64,000 nt of DNA. Source: Eledone cirrhosa. Lineage: Eukaryota. The notes beneath the pieces were generated by a model. That model worked only from the letters and a program-made list of their open reading frames with translations. It was not told the DNA's origin and did no database searches. This document shows, piece by piece, positions 38,222-52,301 of the stretch (its first letter is position 1; each line of letters opens with the position of its first letter). The position numbers and the translations under genes were made by a program. Where the stretch lies: the NCBI GenBank assembly GCA_964016885.1, contig OZ024741.1, positions 390,228,001-390,292,000 on the forward strand, read 5' to 3'.

Positions 38222-40438
38222 TGTGAGCCGGGGAGCGGTGGAGCTGCTGAGAAAAGACCCGAACAAGGGGGATGTTATCGATAATTTCAGGCCCATAACT
38301 CTGCTAAACGCAGAGTTCAAGATTTTGGCCAAGGTGTTAGTAACGAGGTTGACGCTTGTCGTCAAGGGTCTGGTGGGAGAGGCGCAGACATGCGCCATTC
38401 CGGACAGATCCATACACGACAACCTCCACCTCATGCGATACATCATAGAGAGGGTGGTTAAGGAACCTGGCACGGGTGGGGCCCTGATCAACTTGGATCA
38501 ATCCAAAGCATTCGTAGGGTCGACCATCGGTACCTGGCGGCGGTCCTCGGTTTCGGGCCCGTTTTCAGGAGTTGGATCGCTGTGATCTACAGCGACATCT
38601 GCTCAGTGGTGAGGGTGAACGGTCACCTGTCGCAGCCGTTCAGCATCATGCGCTCAGTCCGCCAGGGTTGTGCCCTCTCGCCCCTCTTGTACGTATTGGC
38701 TCTGGAGCCGTTACTGGACAAACTGGGGGCGATGAGTGGCGTCCCACGCGAACTAGGATGCGGGAAATCCGAGTCGGCTTACGCCGACGACGTCACCGTG
38801 TTGGTGTCGAGCACCATACACGTCCAGATGCTCGGCACCGCTCTCAAGGAATACGAAGCGGTGACAGGAGCAAAGATAAACCGGGAAAAGTCGGTGAGCT
38901 TTCTGCTCGGCACCTGGAGAGGCAAGTCCATGCCGTCCGACAGCGTCGTGGGGAGTTGGACGGACGGACCTTTTAAATTGCTCGGGGTCTGGTTCGGATC
39001 GGACCTCCAGATCGAGAAAAACTGGAATGAGGTGACGGGCAAGGTGGCCTCCCTCACCCAGAAATGGGCCGAGAGGAAGCTGTCCCTTAAAGGCCGGGCG
39101 GAGGTGGCGAATGCGTACATCGCATCCGTCATCTGCTACCGCCTCACCGTCGTCCCTTGCTCCGCCCCAACTCTCACCAAAATGGAGCGCCTCCTCTTCC
39201 GATTTTTGTGGAAGGAACGCGCTCCCATGGTCAGACGATCCATCTGCTGTAAACACCCGTTGCGTGGAGGACTGGGCATGCCATGGCTGATGATGCGCAA
39301 ACATGCGCTAAGGCTGGGACATCTCTGGTGCTTCCTTGACGGTGAACAGGTGTGGTCGCCGTTCGCCAGGCACGTTTTCCCACAGCTCGTCTCCTTGATG
39401 GAGCTGCAGTCCTGGGTCAGAAAAAGACCGAGGGATAGCGCTTGGAAACTGGAATGTCTCCAGGCGTTCACTGCCCTCTGCCAGCTGGGCACTAGTATCG
39501 GTGGAACATCCACCTCGGCGTTCTATAGAGGACTAGTGGAGGGGAAGAGCGACGACATTCTCGGAGAGATCCTGGGCGTCGAAGAAGATCAGTTGTTTGC
39601 TCTCTTCTGGAGAACTTTCAGCCCAGGGCCTATGGATTACTTCCAAAAATCCCTGGCCTGGCAGTACTACCGGGGAGCGCTGCCGGTTCGAGATAAGCTC
39701 TACAGGCACGGAAGTGCCGTCAGCCGAGCCTGTCAGAGATGCGCGCAGTGCCACGAAACCGTCGTGCACGCTCTCGTTCTGTGCCCGAGCATTGCTGACT
39801 TGTGGAGCTATGTCGAACAGTTGCTGTCGCGTGTAGGACTGATCCGGTTATCGACTGAGTCCATTGTGCAGATGGTCTCGCCGTCTTCCTTCGAGGAGGA
39901 AGGGCAGGCGGTTTTCATCTGCCTGGTGGCCATGGCGAAAGACATTGTGTGGTGGACAAGGTTGAAAGGGTTAAAGACAGACACTTTCCTCTTCGGCGAA
40001 TCCCTAATTAACTTTTTCAAGTTTCACTTGAAGAGGAAAATCAGGGTGGAGAGGCAAGTGCTGCCTTCTAGCAATTTTGTTGAAAGGTGGGTGAATGTAG
40101 CGAGAATGGTCCGAGTGAACGGGACCGCTCTGAATATACGTCTGTAGTTTGAGAAATGGAAAAATTGAGAGAGGGCGCTTGCCTGGGTAGTCAGAGTGGC
40201 CGTGGTCTTTTGTGTGGTTTTCGCCACGAGTAACCCTCGGAGGTTTCCCCCCAATTGGGGAATTTTTCATTGTTTCAATTTTCATTTTTATTGTTTATAT
40301 ATATATATGTTTCTATGACCTTTTTTTCTTTTCTTATATAAATAATAAAAATATTTACACGCACAAAACCCACATCGTACCGTTCTGTGCCGTCTGTAAT
40401 GTTTTTCTTGATGTCAGCCCTTGTGGCCAATAAAGAAA
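38222..40438 (+). mobile_element. Younger 5'-truncated Tx1/L1-like LINE directly after the (ATT)n tail of the previous copy
   Basis: ORFs 38172-38585 and 38582-40147. Same 3' end and (ATT)n tail. Confidence 0.92.
38582..40147 (+). pseudogene. Open 521-aa ORF2 portion (RT with YADD plus C-terminal Cys/His zinc finger)
   Basis: VRQGCALSPLLY, AYADDV, KLLGV, CQRC...ETVVHALVLC. Confidence 0.85.
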
Positions 40439-40479
40439 TCATTATTATTATTATTATTATTATTTTTTTTCTTTGAGTC

Positions 40480-42175
40480 TCAGTCATTGATGTTATTTAA
40501 CTGGAAAGTTTGTTGAAATAAATATCAAGCCGCTACCTGCAGCCTCAGATATTTAGGACGTATCGGAGGGTTCTTGCTGTTCCCATGCCTTTTGAAGTGT
40601 TCCAAAAAGCGGGGCTGGACTAATTTTCTTTAACCATCCTTGGAAACTCTTTGAGATAATACGTAGTGCGCCTATGACAATCGGGACGACTCTGACTTCA
40701 TGGCAGTTCCAAATCCTTTTTACCTCCCACTTTAAGTCCTGGTATCGGTTAATTTTCTACCTCTCCTTTTCTTGCACTCTTGTGTCAAATGGGCAGGCTA
40801 CATCTACAATCAGGCACGATCTTTTTTCCTTGTCAAAAACCACCAGGTCAGGCCTATTGTGTTCTATCACACATTTGTGCAGACTGTTTTTCTCTATCTT
40901 AACACAGTCCTCTATGCTGATAAGACCTCTTTCACCTTCAGATCTCATTACGTAGAGTCTATCAACATCACTCCTCTTGTGGAACATGTAGATAGTCATT
41001 AGCTTCCTAGTCTTCCTATCCATTTCCTTTTGTTCAGTAATATTCCATTTCAGAATTCCCGCACTGTAGCTAATAATAGACACAGCTCGGGAATTTACTG
41101 CACTTATGACGTTCCTACTATTCAGATGTGATTTTAGTACGCTCCTTACTCTCCGAATGTATTCAGATCTTATCAATTCCTTTATTTTCTTGTTCTTGAT
41201 GTCATCTGCCTCCAGAACATCCAAATACCTATATTCCTCTTCAGTGTCGATTTCCTTTATCATCTCACCTGTTGGTACCTGGAATCCGTTGTTTCTGCTC
41301 AATTTACCCCTCTTCATCACTAGGACTCCACACTTATTAACACCAAATTACATACATATTTCATTGCTGAAAATACGGACAGTGTCAACAAGTACATCCA
41401 ACTCCTTCTCACTCTTCCCAAAGAGTTTTAGATCGTCCATGAAGAGGACCTGGTTGATGGTAAGCTCTCCCCTTCCCAGTTTGTATCCTGCTTTCACTTT
41501 TCGCAACATAAGGGACAAACAACAAAGGGTACAAACTATCTCCTTGGAAGATACCTCTCTTGATTTTCACTCCTCCCAAGGATTCTCCGCCTGATGTTAG
41601 TTCTATTTCCCAGGACTTCATACTTTTACTTAATAGCTGTCTGATGTTGCTTGCCACCTTGAAGATCTCTAGGCTTTTGGTTATCCAAGAATGAGGAACC
41701 ATGCCAAGTGCCTTCTTGTAATCTATCCATCCCATGGCAAGACCAGTATGCCTCCTCTTGCAATTCCTTATTACCATCTTATCAATAAGTGACTGATCTT
41801 TTGTACCATGGGACTTCTTTCGGCATCCTTTCTGTTTGTCTGGCATTAGGTTGTTTATGTGGAGCTGATAGTAGATTACCTCAGACACAATGCTTGTTAA
41901 CAGTTTCCAAATTACGGCCAGACATGTGATAGGCCTATAGTTGGTAACCTCATTACTCTTGATTCGGTCTTTCATTACCAGAACTATGGTAACTTTTGTC
42001 AACTACTCTGGTACTTCACCCGACACCAAGCAGTCATTGAACATGGCTGTCAGTTTTGGGTGGAGGGATGTTATATTTTTTATCCAATATCCTTGCACAC
42101 CATCTGGGCCTGGTGATTTCCAATTTGTTAGTTTATTCCTAGTAGCCCGATCTTCTGTAGCTCATATTTGCTGAT
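40480..42175 (-). mobile_element. R4/Dong-like element, decayed, with an internal deletion near 40870
   Basis: NYRPITCL, QKGC..GTKDQ, WIDYKKA, GIFQGDSL, MDRKTRKLM, RPDLVVFDK..LIVDVACPFD. Confidence 0.88.
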
Positions 42176-42179
42176 CTTG

Positions 42180-44858
42180 CTGGGAAGGACACTAAGGTAC
42201 AGGTCTGATGATTTGGGTATTAATCCTAATGCTCCTATTACCCCAGGGATAGTGTTTCTGGTCATTCTCCACATGCGGTTGATCTCTATTTCCAGGTCTT
42301 TCTATTTTGACAGTTTTCCATTGTTTTTATAGATTTATTCTTGTCAGCTGGTATGGAAATATCTATAAGACTACATGTCTGATCTGTTTTGTTTTTTATG
42401 ATGGTATCTGGTCTGTTGGCAGAGATTTCTTGGTCGGTTATCACAGGATGGAGATGTTGCTCTTTTCCCTGCCTGTTTTTGGTTGATGTTCATACCATTT
42501 GTTAGAGGTTTGGATGTCATGAGAGCGGCAGAGCATCCAGTGCATATATTTGGCAATGCGGTTGTGTCTTTCGATATAGTCAGTTTTTGCCAGCTCTGAA
42601 CACCCGGAGATAACATGATCTACCGTTTCTTCATGTTTGTAGCATATTCTGCATCGAGGGCTAGTCCCATCTTTCACTATTCTGTGTCTATAGGCCTGAG
42701 TGTTTAGAGTTTGGTCTTGTGCAGCAACTAAGAGTCCTCCAGTCTCTGTTTTCAAACCAGCACCTCTGAGCCAGGATAGTGAGCCATGTTGATCGATATC
42801 ATTGTCAGAAAGTCGTTCCGGGAATCTACCATGTAGTGGTTTTGTCTTCCATTCACGGTTTAGTTCTGTTTGGAGTTTCTTTGCTTTGATCTTCACAGTC
42901 ATAGTTAGCTGTGCAGCACTCTGTTGTTTATTTTCTATGTCTTGTTCCAAGTTCAGTTTTTGCCTAACCTTTCTTGCCTCTTTTGTTAGTGAGTGTAGTT
43001 TCTTAATTCGTTAATTCTCAGGTGTGGTGGAGGTAGCTATCCAATCCAATGGTTGCTGTTTTGTATGCAGCTTCCAGTTGTCGGAGCCACCTTCCACCTT
43101 TTCTCCTTGAGATATATAGCCTATACTTCGGCTTTAGAGTGGTGCATTTTTTCCGTTGTCAATAGATTCCTTGTCTTAGTGTCCAACTTTTGTAGTTCTT
43201 GCAGGTTCCAGTTTATGATGTTAAAGCTGTATGTTACAACTGGTACTGTTAGACTGTTAATGGCTATGAATTTGTTTCAGTCTCAATCTGCTTAGGTATC
43301 TTTTCCTTCATACTTGCATGCTGGATTCCATCTCCTTCATTAACTCCAAGATATTTGTAGAACTCTTCATTGTTAAGTTCCTTTATGGTGGTTTGTTGGT
43401 CTATGACAATATATTTATGGTTAAATAGCAACATTCTCTTGAATGTGGCTTTTGCACATTTGTCCAGTGCAAATTCCATATGGATGTCATCACTGAATTG
43501 TTTCACTGTGTGCAATAAACCTTCCAGCTGCCAATCATTGTTTCCAAAAAGCTTGATATCATCCATATAAAGAAGGTGATTGTAGTGTCCTTTGTCTGTT
43601 TTATATCCATAACCTGTCCTCCGCAGTAACTGACTTAACATAGCCAGTGACATACAGAACAGCAAAGGGGACAATGAATCACCTTGGAATATTCCACGAT
43701 TAATCTTGATCTGTCTAGATTCCAGTGGTCCGTCGTGGTGTTGAAGGACCATCGTAGTTTTCCAGTCTGTCATCATTGCCTTCAAAAAAGTTGTGATCTC
43801 AGGTGTTATGTGATACATTTCTAGTGTCTTTATGATCCATGTATGAGGTATGCTGTCGAATGCCTTCTTGTAGTATATCTAGGCCATTGACAGGTTGTTC
43901 TTTTTCTGTTTGCAGTTTTTTGTTATGAGTCTATTCATCAGCAGCTGATTTTTGCACCCATAACTCCCTCGTTTACAGCACTTTTGTTCAGGCGACAATA
44001 GATCTCCATAGACGAGGTAACTGTAGACCCTGTTGGTAATCACTGGTGTGAGGGCTTTGTACATCATTGGGAGACATGTAATTGGTCTGTAGTTTGGGGG
44101 ATTTTCTGTGCATTCATCTTCGGTAGAACATACGCTATGCCAGTTGTCATCCACTTTGGGACTTCTCATTGGAATATAGCAGCTGATTAATCTCATCAAA
44201 TGTCAGTGGTTTTCTGTGTTCGCCTCTGATTACCTCTAGTGCTTTGTTAGCTAGGTTGACCTTCTTTAGCTGATGCATGACTTTGGGCATTTTCTGGAGT
44301 TTTGTCCGACCTATCAAGTCCTGCATTTTCAGAATCTTCCACTCACACAGAATATCTTCCTTCATTGTCCAGCCAGCAGCATCAACCAGTGATCCATCAC
44401 CTACATGTTCATGTTTAAGGAGGTTCTCATTTGTGGGAGTTTCAGCAATACTCTCACTATCTGCTGCTTCTGTTGTATGCAGGTCCCCTTCTTGACTGGG
44501 GTCGTTATGTTGCTCACTTATCTCTGCTTTGATGGTTTACAGTTCTGATTAAGTGAGTCTTTTGCTACTCATAATGTCTCTTCTCACATTAGCTAACTTA
44601 TTCATGTCCATGTATTCTCTGGAGTTAGGGTTGGAATTCTTCCAGATACTATAGGTTTCATGTGTTGACGAGTTCTCTCTCAGAAACAGGATGGCAGTAT
44701 AGTATGCAACCATCACTGCTTTGCATTCCTCTCTGGTCCATGTTTGTTGTGGCTTTTTAAGATGTACTTTGGTATTGTCACCCTGTGGCTCAATATGAGG
44801 TCTGTCTCCAGTATGGGGGTCACTGGGGGTGTTCCATTTGCTGATTTTTCGACCTTAT
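42180..44858 (-). mobile_element. Second R4/Dong-like element, decayed
   Basis: NYRPITCLP, GIFQGDSLSPLLF, LLYMDDIK, YKYLG, LHGRF, AAQDQ, CRIC...ETVDHVISGC...RHN. Abuts (TTA)n. Confidence 0.9.
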
Positions 44859-45269
44859 CATTATTATTATTATTATTGGCTGTCAGACAGTGAAGACGTG
44901 TTTTTGGAGCTCCGCAAAAGTAATAAATTTTCTGTTTATTTTCATTTATAATAATTGTTACATTCTTTGAAAAGGGTCGTAAGACTTCCGTCTTTGCCCT
45001 GTGAAGGGCCCAAATATTTGAACTTTTTGTATTTAAAAAATTCTCGAAAAAAAAACATGGCTGAGCCGTGCCCCCCAACTTTAGGTCTGCTGTCCTGTGA
45101 CAGCGGCCTAAACGTTGAGGGGGAGGGGGAGGCAGACACATTAATTTATACCACAAACAGCATGAACAGCTTCAGCAGCAACACCAATAGTGAGAACAAT
45201 AACCTTTTAAAAAAATCAACGACACCAACCACAGCAGTAACAGCGACAACCAAAAGACAGACAGCATAA

Positions 45270-45438
45270 ATAATTGTTTCTACTTTTGGCACAAGGCCAG
45301 CAACTACCCAGTGCATTACTGGTACTTTATTTTATCGACCCCGTAAGGATGAAAGGCAAAGTTAACCTCGGCGGGATTTGAACTCAGAATGGCAAGGGCC
45401 GTAAGTCTATGCGTCTGACCCTCTACCGATACTGCCAA
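45270..45438 (-). mobile_element. SINE
   Basis: Same core and tail as the other copies. Confidence 0.88.
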
Positions 45439-45699
45439 ATAACGACAACAAAAACAACTAAATTAACACCACCAAGAACATAAACAGCGACAGCACTAAC
45501 AGCAACAATACAAACTGCACCGAAAACAACAACGGCGGCACCAAAGATATAACCAACTGCAACAGTGATAACAGCAATAACACCAACAAGAACAACCATA
45601 ACAACAACAACACCAACAACACCACCACCAACAACAACAAGAACATTACCAACAAGAGCACTTTCGCTCCGGCAGAAGCCTAAACGAGGTCATGCTTCA

Positions 45700-48600
45700 G
45701 CATGGACCTCTCGAATAAAGATGAAAAGTTGGCCCAGGTATGGAAGCTCATCAAGTAAGAGCAAACCTGGGTCAACTTAACTGTCCCGGTAGAAGCTATT
45801 GAAGCAGTGGAGCGCAGAACAGTGCATTACAGATGCATCCCAGCAGAAACAAAGAGGGTGGATTTAATTGCACAGGCAGATGTTGAAGCCGCGCTGAGGT
45901 GCATCAGGGATGACACCGAATACATAGCGAGGGGCAGACAATACGGCACCATTTCGGTGCTGTTTAAGTCAGAAGCCCTCGCTATAAAACATGCAATGAC
46001 CCCTTGCAAAACCAGCAAGGTCATAATGTACCCCTCCTACATGGGAAAACGAACAACTCGTGTCCACATTCCCAGGATCCTATCAAGACTTGACATGTGG
46101 TGGTTCCTGGGATGCGTGATTGTGGAGGGCACGGATACCGTCCCGATAGATGTTACAAGGACTGCTAGAGAGGACTGGTCCGGGGTTGACCTGGAGATAC
46201 TTCTCCAGATCAGACCCGAGAATGTAAAAAACAATCCCGGACCACATCCATCTTCAGAACGGGACGGTAATACACATTATGACTGAGGGTAAAAGGCCGC
46301 ATTGTTTCGTTTGCGGAGAAAAAACACATTTGCGAGCCTTCTGCCCTCAACTACTGAAAGGTGCAATGGGTCTAAGGGCTCCCCTGCTGCCGACGCCGGG
46401 GCGAAGACCACCACCAATACCAGTACCGGAAAAACCACCAGCAACAATACCAATGGAAGAACCACCACCAACATTGACCACCCAGGGAGGAAACGAGGAA
46501 AGCTGTCAAATCCCCTCCCCCCTCCCTAAAAAATAGACACATGAATAAAAATATAAACACAGACACAGACTCCTCATCTTCCAGTAGTGAACATGGGGGA
46601 AACCAAAATCCCCTTCAAAACAAAAAAGAAAACTCCACAAAGCACAAAAACACCCTCAATAAAAAATGCAGGCACCACCCACGCAAACATTTCCCCAACA
46701 ACACCAACATCAGCACCACCAACACCATCACCAGAATCCCCCAAACGCAAATAATCTAAACAGATGCAAGAACAAATACACACACAAACATCTGAAACCA
46801 CAGACACCGCACTCACAACAAACACAGACACAACCAAAACAACATCAACAAAACCCTCACCACCACAGTCACACAAACAAATAAAACCGCACCAGCAAAA
46901 CATACAAAAGTTCGTGCTTGTCAGAAGGGCCAACAAGGAATTGATATCCCTCGTAGCACGAAGTAATAAATCCAAACAGAAGGGGACATTCTTAAATCGA
47001 GCACATTTCGCGTGCAGGAAGATTTGTTTCTGGTGCGAATGTCGCTCGATTTCTGCAAAGGGATTCGAGACAGCTTTCCTCGGGACATGGGAACCCCGAA
47101 TGTAAAATCCACGTCCAGACTTTTAAAGGGGTTCCCAAAAGAAACCCCACCAACTATGGAGGTCGAACCATCCGACCTTCACAAGAGCCCGGGAGGTAAG
47201 TAAACCTTTCCTCTCTCTTTTAGCCTGTCAACATGCCATATTAAGAGTAGGAAGTTTAAATGTTCGAGGCATGGGGTTGTCCTGGAAGCCCAGGTCCTGG
47301 ACCCCAGGTCTCTAGAAATGGATGTAATTGCCGTCAGCGAGACCAGTATTTCCGACACGCGCGCACAAGACCCCATTTTCGACTTCACATCTGTTAGTCG
47401 GCTTGGAATTGGAGGTGGGGTGCAGTGCTGTTTAGGAAAGGCCTGGATCTCGAGGTAAGGTCGATTTTCCGGGACCCGGACGGTAAGTCGGTGGTCCTGG
47501 ACGTGAACAATAGCGAAGGTGGTGCCTTTAGACTTGTGGCCCTCTAGGCCCCTACCGGGGCAGAACGGCCGGACTTCTTTCGACGCTTGGAAGCTTTCTG
47601 GGTACGTCTCGCCCTTTACTGTTAGCGGGGGGCTGAAACGGCATCTTAGACTCACGCTGGGACTGTGTGGGAGTATCCGATAGGAGCGGGGGTGCAAAAG
47701 CCTCAAGTACCTGATCAGTCAGTTCCAACTGTCTGACAGGTACCGACTAGATTTCCCCAATGCGCCAGTGTGGACCTGGACTAACCGCATAGGGTCATCT
47801 AGATCGTATATAGACAGTATATTCATTAGGAAAATAGATAGAAATAGTGTAAGCTGTCCACGTTTTAAAACGGTCGCCTATTCAGATCACAAGTTTGTGA
47901 TCTGCATGGTCGACTTAGATAAGACGCGTAGGTAAGGACCTGATTACTGGAAGCTGAACATGTCATTTCTGGTACGTAAGGCTTACAGGGACCGGGTAAA
48001 AAAATTAGTTAACCAAAAGTTGACAGAGGTGGATCATCAACAACAGATGGTGGGGGGGGGGGGCTCTCAAAAGAGAAATTAGAATAATTTCGATAGGGTT
48101 TAGCAAAGAAGTAGCGTTAGAGAAAAATATAAAGAAGTGTGAGCTGGTAGCTAAATTAGACAAGGTTATTTGTAGTGCCATTGCAACTAACGTGCTAGCG
48201 GTGAGAATGGCATTAGACCATTTCTTCAATACGAAACACGAAGGTTGCATTGTCAGAGCTAAGGCGCGTGCTCTGAGAAACGAGGGAACCAAAGATGTTC
48301 GATTGGCCCGCGTGGCAGAGGCGCAGCGTGGTAATAAAACCACAATTCGGTCTTTGACAGACCAGGACGGACATGAACTGAGCGATTCCAGGGAGATGTG
48401 TAAGGTCTTTCACCAGCATTTTGCTCGGTTGTTCGGAGGAAGTGGTGTGTAAGAGGCGGTGGCAGACTTCAGTCCCTACCTCGACGGCTTGCCGCACCTC
48501 TCGACGGCCGACGCTGAGCGCTGCTAAAGGCCGATAACTTCAGCCGAAATTCAATATGCCCTTGTCGGCTGTACGAGGCGCAAATGACCCAGTCTGGATG

Positions 48601-50405
48601 GTCTGCCCTTCGAGCTTTACGTAAATATGCCAGACTTGTTCTCCGATCTCCTCGAAGCGCTCTACTGCAACTGGCAGCAGAACGGGAGTATTCCCAGTTC
48701 TGTGAACCGAGACATAGTGACGCTGATGAGGAAAGACTAGAACAGGGGGGGGGGGGGGCACATTAAACAATTTCAAGCCCATAACTCTGCTCAACACAGA
48801 ATTTAAGATTTTGGCCAAGGTGTTAGCGAAGAGATTGGCGCTTGTCGTCGAGGATTTGGTTGGGGAGGCGCAAACCTGCGCAATCCCGACCAGGTTCATA
48901 CACGACAACCTCCACCTTATACATCATAGAGAGGGTAGGGTGGGGGCTCTGATCAATTTAAATCAATCGAAAGCATTCGATAGGGTCGACCATCGGTACT
49001 TGGAGGCTGTCTTCAAGGCAGATGGCTTCGGCCCCGTCTTCAGAAGCTGGATCGCTGCAATGCACAACGGCATCTGCTAGGTGGTCAAATTTAATGGCCA
49101 CCTCTCGGAACCGTTTCAGATCTGCCGATCGGTCCGTCAAGGGTGCCCTCTCTCCTCCCTTCTGTACGTATTGACTCTCGAGCCTTTACTGCGGAAGCTG
49201 GAGCTGTTGCAGGGCATCCTGCTCGAACCGGGACGCAGAAAGGCTGTGTCGGCTTATGCGGACGACATCACCGTGATGGTGTCGGACTCCTCGGAAATCG
49301 AATATCGGCACCTTATTGGAGGAATATAAAAGGTTGACGGGAGCCAAATTTACCCCGGAAAAGTCGGTGGGCTTACAGCTCGGCACCTGGAGAGGAAAGT
49401 ACATCCCTCCAACAGCGTCGTTGGGCGCTGAACGGACGGCCCGGTAAAGTTGCTCTGGGTTTGGCTCGGGCCAGACCTCCAGGGGGATGAAAATTGGGAC
49501 GAGGTGACTGGCAGGGTAGCCAGTCTCACCCAGAAATGGGCTGCGAGGAAGCCATCCCTAAAAGGTCGGGCGGAGGTGGTCAATGCATACATTGCATACA
49601 TCACATCCGTCATCTACTACTGCCGGACCGTCGTGCCTTGCCCCTGTCCGCACCTCGTCAGGTTGGAATGGCTCCTCTTCAACTTCTTGTGGAGGGGACA
49701 GGTTCCGTTGGTGAGGCGGTTCATCTACTGCCAGCACCTTCTACGCGGAGGGCTGGGCATGCCTTGGCTAATGATGCGCAAACATGTGCTGGGGCTGCGA
49801 CATCTCCAGATATTCTGCATAAACGGGGAACAGGTATGATCGTCGTTTGTGAGACAGGTCTTTCACTTTGAGCTGCAGTCCTGGGTCAAGAAGAGACCAA
49901 GACTGGGCGCCTGGCAATGGAATTATGTCGAACAGCTGTTATCGCGTGTGGACGAATCTGGCTATCGACCGAGTCCATAGTGAAGATCGCTCCGCCACCT
50001 TCTTTTATCCGGGAAGAGCAGGCAGTTTTATTCTGTCTGATAGCTGTAGCGAAGATGTTGAGTGGTGGACCTGACTGAAAGGACTGAAGGCAGACACATT
50101 CCTTTTCGGTCAAGCCCTCGTCAACTTTTTCAAGGCCCACTTGGAAAGGAAGATAAGGGTGGAGAGAGAAGTGCTGCCGCCAGAACATTTTTTAAACGTT
50201 CTTGAAGATGAGGGTAGGTTGGGATTTGTGATGTTCCCTGGGTGGTATCCCCCCCCCCCCTCCTATTGGGAAATTCTGTTGTTGATATGTTTTTTTTTTG
50301 TTAATTGTATTTGTTAATATTTTTACTCGATTGCATGTAATTCCCGACTGTCCCCGTCTTTGTATTGTCCTCTATGTTCGGCCCTTGTGGCCAATACATG
50401 AAACA
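45700..50405 (+). mobile_element. Near full-length decayed Tx1/L1-like LINE (ORF1 with CCHC knuckle; ORF2 APE, RT, C-terminus)
   Basis: ORF1 fragments 45807-46536 with CFVCGEKTHLRAFC. APE remnants (SYIDSI, SDHK, YWKLN) at 47230-47960. RT motifs at 48590-49460. 3' end cccttgtggccaata plus (ATT)n. Confidence 0.88.
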
Positions 50406-51439
50406 ATTATTATTATTATTATTATTAAGTTATTTTTAACACTGAAGTTAATTTGTTCTTTGTCACTTCTATAGCAACTAGTTGAAGAAATGTCGAAATG
50501 CAAGGAGCTGAAAATGTCTATTTTCGTGACGGTGGTGGCGGTGGTGGAGGTGGTGGTGCTGCTGCTGGTGAGGTTGGTTGTTGTCCCAATGGTGGTATTC
50601 AGCTGCGGTTATGAAGTTAATAAATAATTCAATGGAAGCAATTTATCTACCTATCATTAAACAAGTCACACTCTGTAGTTAGAAACGTGTTTATCGGTAC
50701 CAAAGACAGAGTGGTGTTTTGTTGGTGATGGTGAGGTGTCTGTGTTAGAGTCCCCAATTTAAAGACCAGATCAACTCCAATCTACATTATCTGTTTTGTA
50801 AAACTTTTCTAACAATTAATTTTATCGAACTTATCTTCATTACTTGTTTATATTTTAATTCTAACCCTTTTGTTACCATATTTCTAATGGTATAAATAAC
50901 ATTAAAAATTGTTTATAATTCCCACAGAAAGAAAATATACACACGAACAATATATACAATACTTAGTTACATAAATATTCCACTTTAAAATATAAAATCA
51001 AAACGAAAGAAAATATATTATAATCATGATCCTCGTAACAATATAATTCATTATATAACACACAGAAGTATACAATCGATGCGAAAAAAGAACCTCAATT
51101 CAACTATTGCGTCAATTGGTCACACACCACGAGGGGCATCGGAGCCTCCCATGTTTCAATTTATTTTGAAAATAATGAAGAATTTGGAGGAATTTATTTC
51201 ATTATTAAGCTGATATTTAACAAAAGATTTTTACAAAAATACGAAGGGAGGTATATATAAACACTTTAAAACAAAGATTTTTTTTTTCAATTATAAAACC
51301 AAGGGCGATTTCAGGCGAATTGGTATAAAAAATACAAACATCCATATTTCATACGAATTAAAATATTTGTCGTTTATTTGAATTTGAATATAAAAATGTC
51401 TTCGTGTTTGTCAATTTTTAAAAATTCGAAAATATGACT

Positions 51440-52004
51440 GCTTCAGCATTCAGTAATCAGAAGAAGGAGGGTAGCTAAACTTGCTATCTTCAATTCAGTA
51501 TTCGTGCCAACCCTTACCTATGGTCATGAATCTTGAGTAATGACCGAAAGAATACGATAGCGAATACAAGCGGCCGAAATGGGGTTCCTCTGAAGGGTCT
51601 CTGGAGTAACGTTACTCAATAGAGAGCATAGCTCGGAGATCAGAGAGTCACTCCAGTAGAGCCACTACTTCTCCGAATTGACAGATCACAGCTCCGATAT
51701 TATGGACACGTGGTTAGAATGTCTCAGGAAAGAATCGCTGGATAGATTTTACAGACGAAACCAGCCAGCAGGAGACCCAAGGGTAGACGCTGAACAAGAT
51801 GGTTGGATAACATCCATGAGCTTGGCTGGTCTTGCTTGGGGATCCAACTGGATCAGTTGGAGACGGTTGCTTCTGACAGGACCCGCTGGAGGGAGTATTT
51901 GAGGACTCTGCCCCCACGACCCTCTCAGGAATAAGTAGGCGAAGAAGAGAATATATCATGATCATTATAATGTGACCATACTAAACATGTTTGCATCTCC
52001 CAAC
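51440..52004 (+). mobile_element. 3' fragment of the second RTE-like family plus ~60 nt of shared downstream flank
   Basis: LTYGHES, IQAAEMGFL. Reverse-complement homology to 29124-29690. Confidence 0.85.
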
Positions 52005-52301
52005 ATCTCCCAGAAGAAAATATAACTTGTTGATACAACTTTCTATAATTTTGTATGATTTGGGTCACTTAAGTAAATTATAGATTCTAAGCTATTTATA
52101 GATTCACAACTCAAACATGTAAATAAATTATATTTAAATACTGGTATTGAAAATGCTAGTATTCTAACAACTTTAATATATATTAATAGTCTGTGGTAAT
52201 AGGACCGGGAAGACCACAAATCAAAGAAGTACTCGATACATTGTAAGATGCAGAGTAACTAGCCGAAACCGAACCTGCGTTGCATCCCCTACTTTCATTT
52301 A

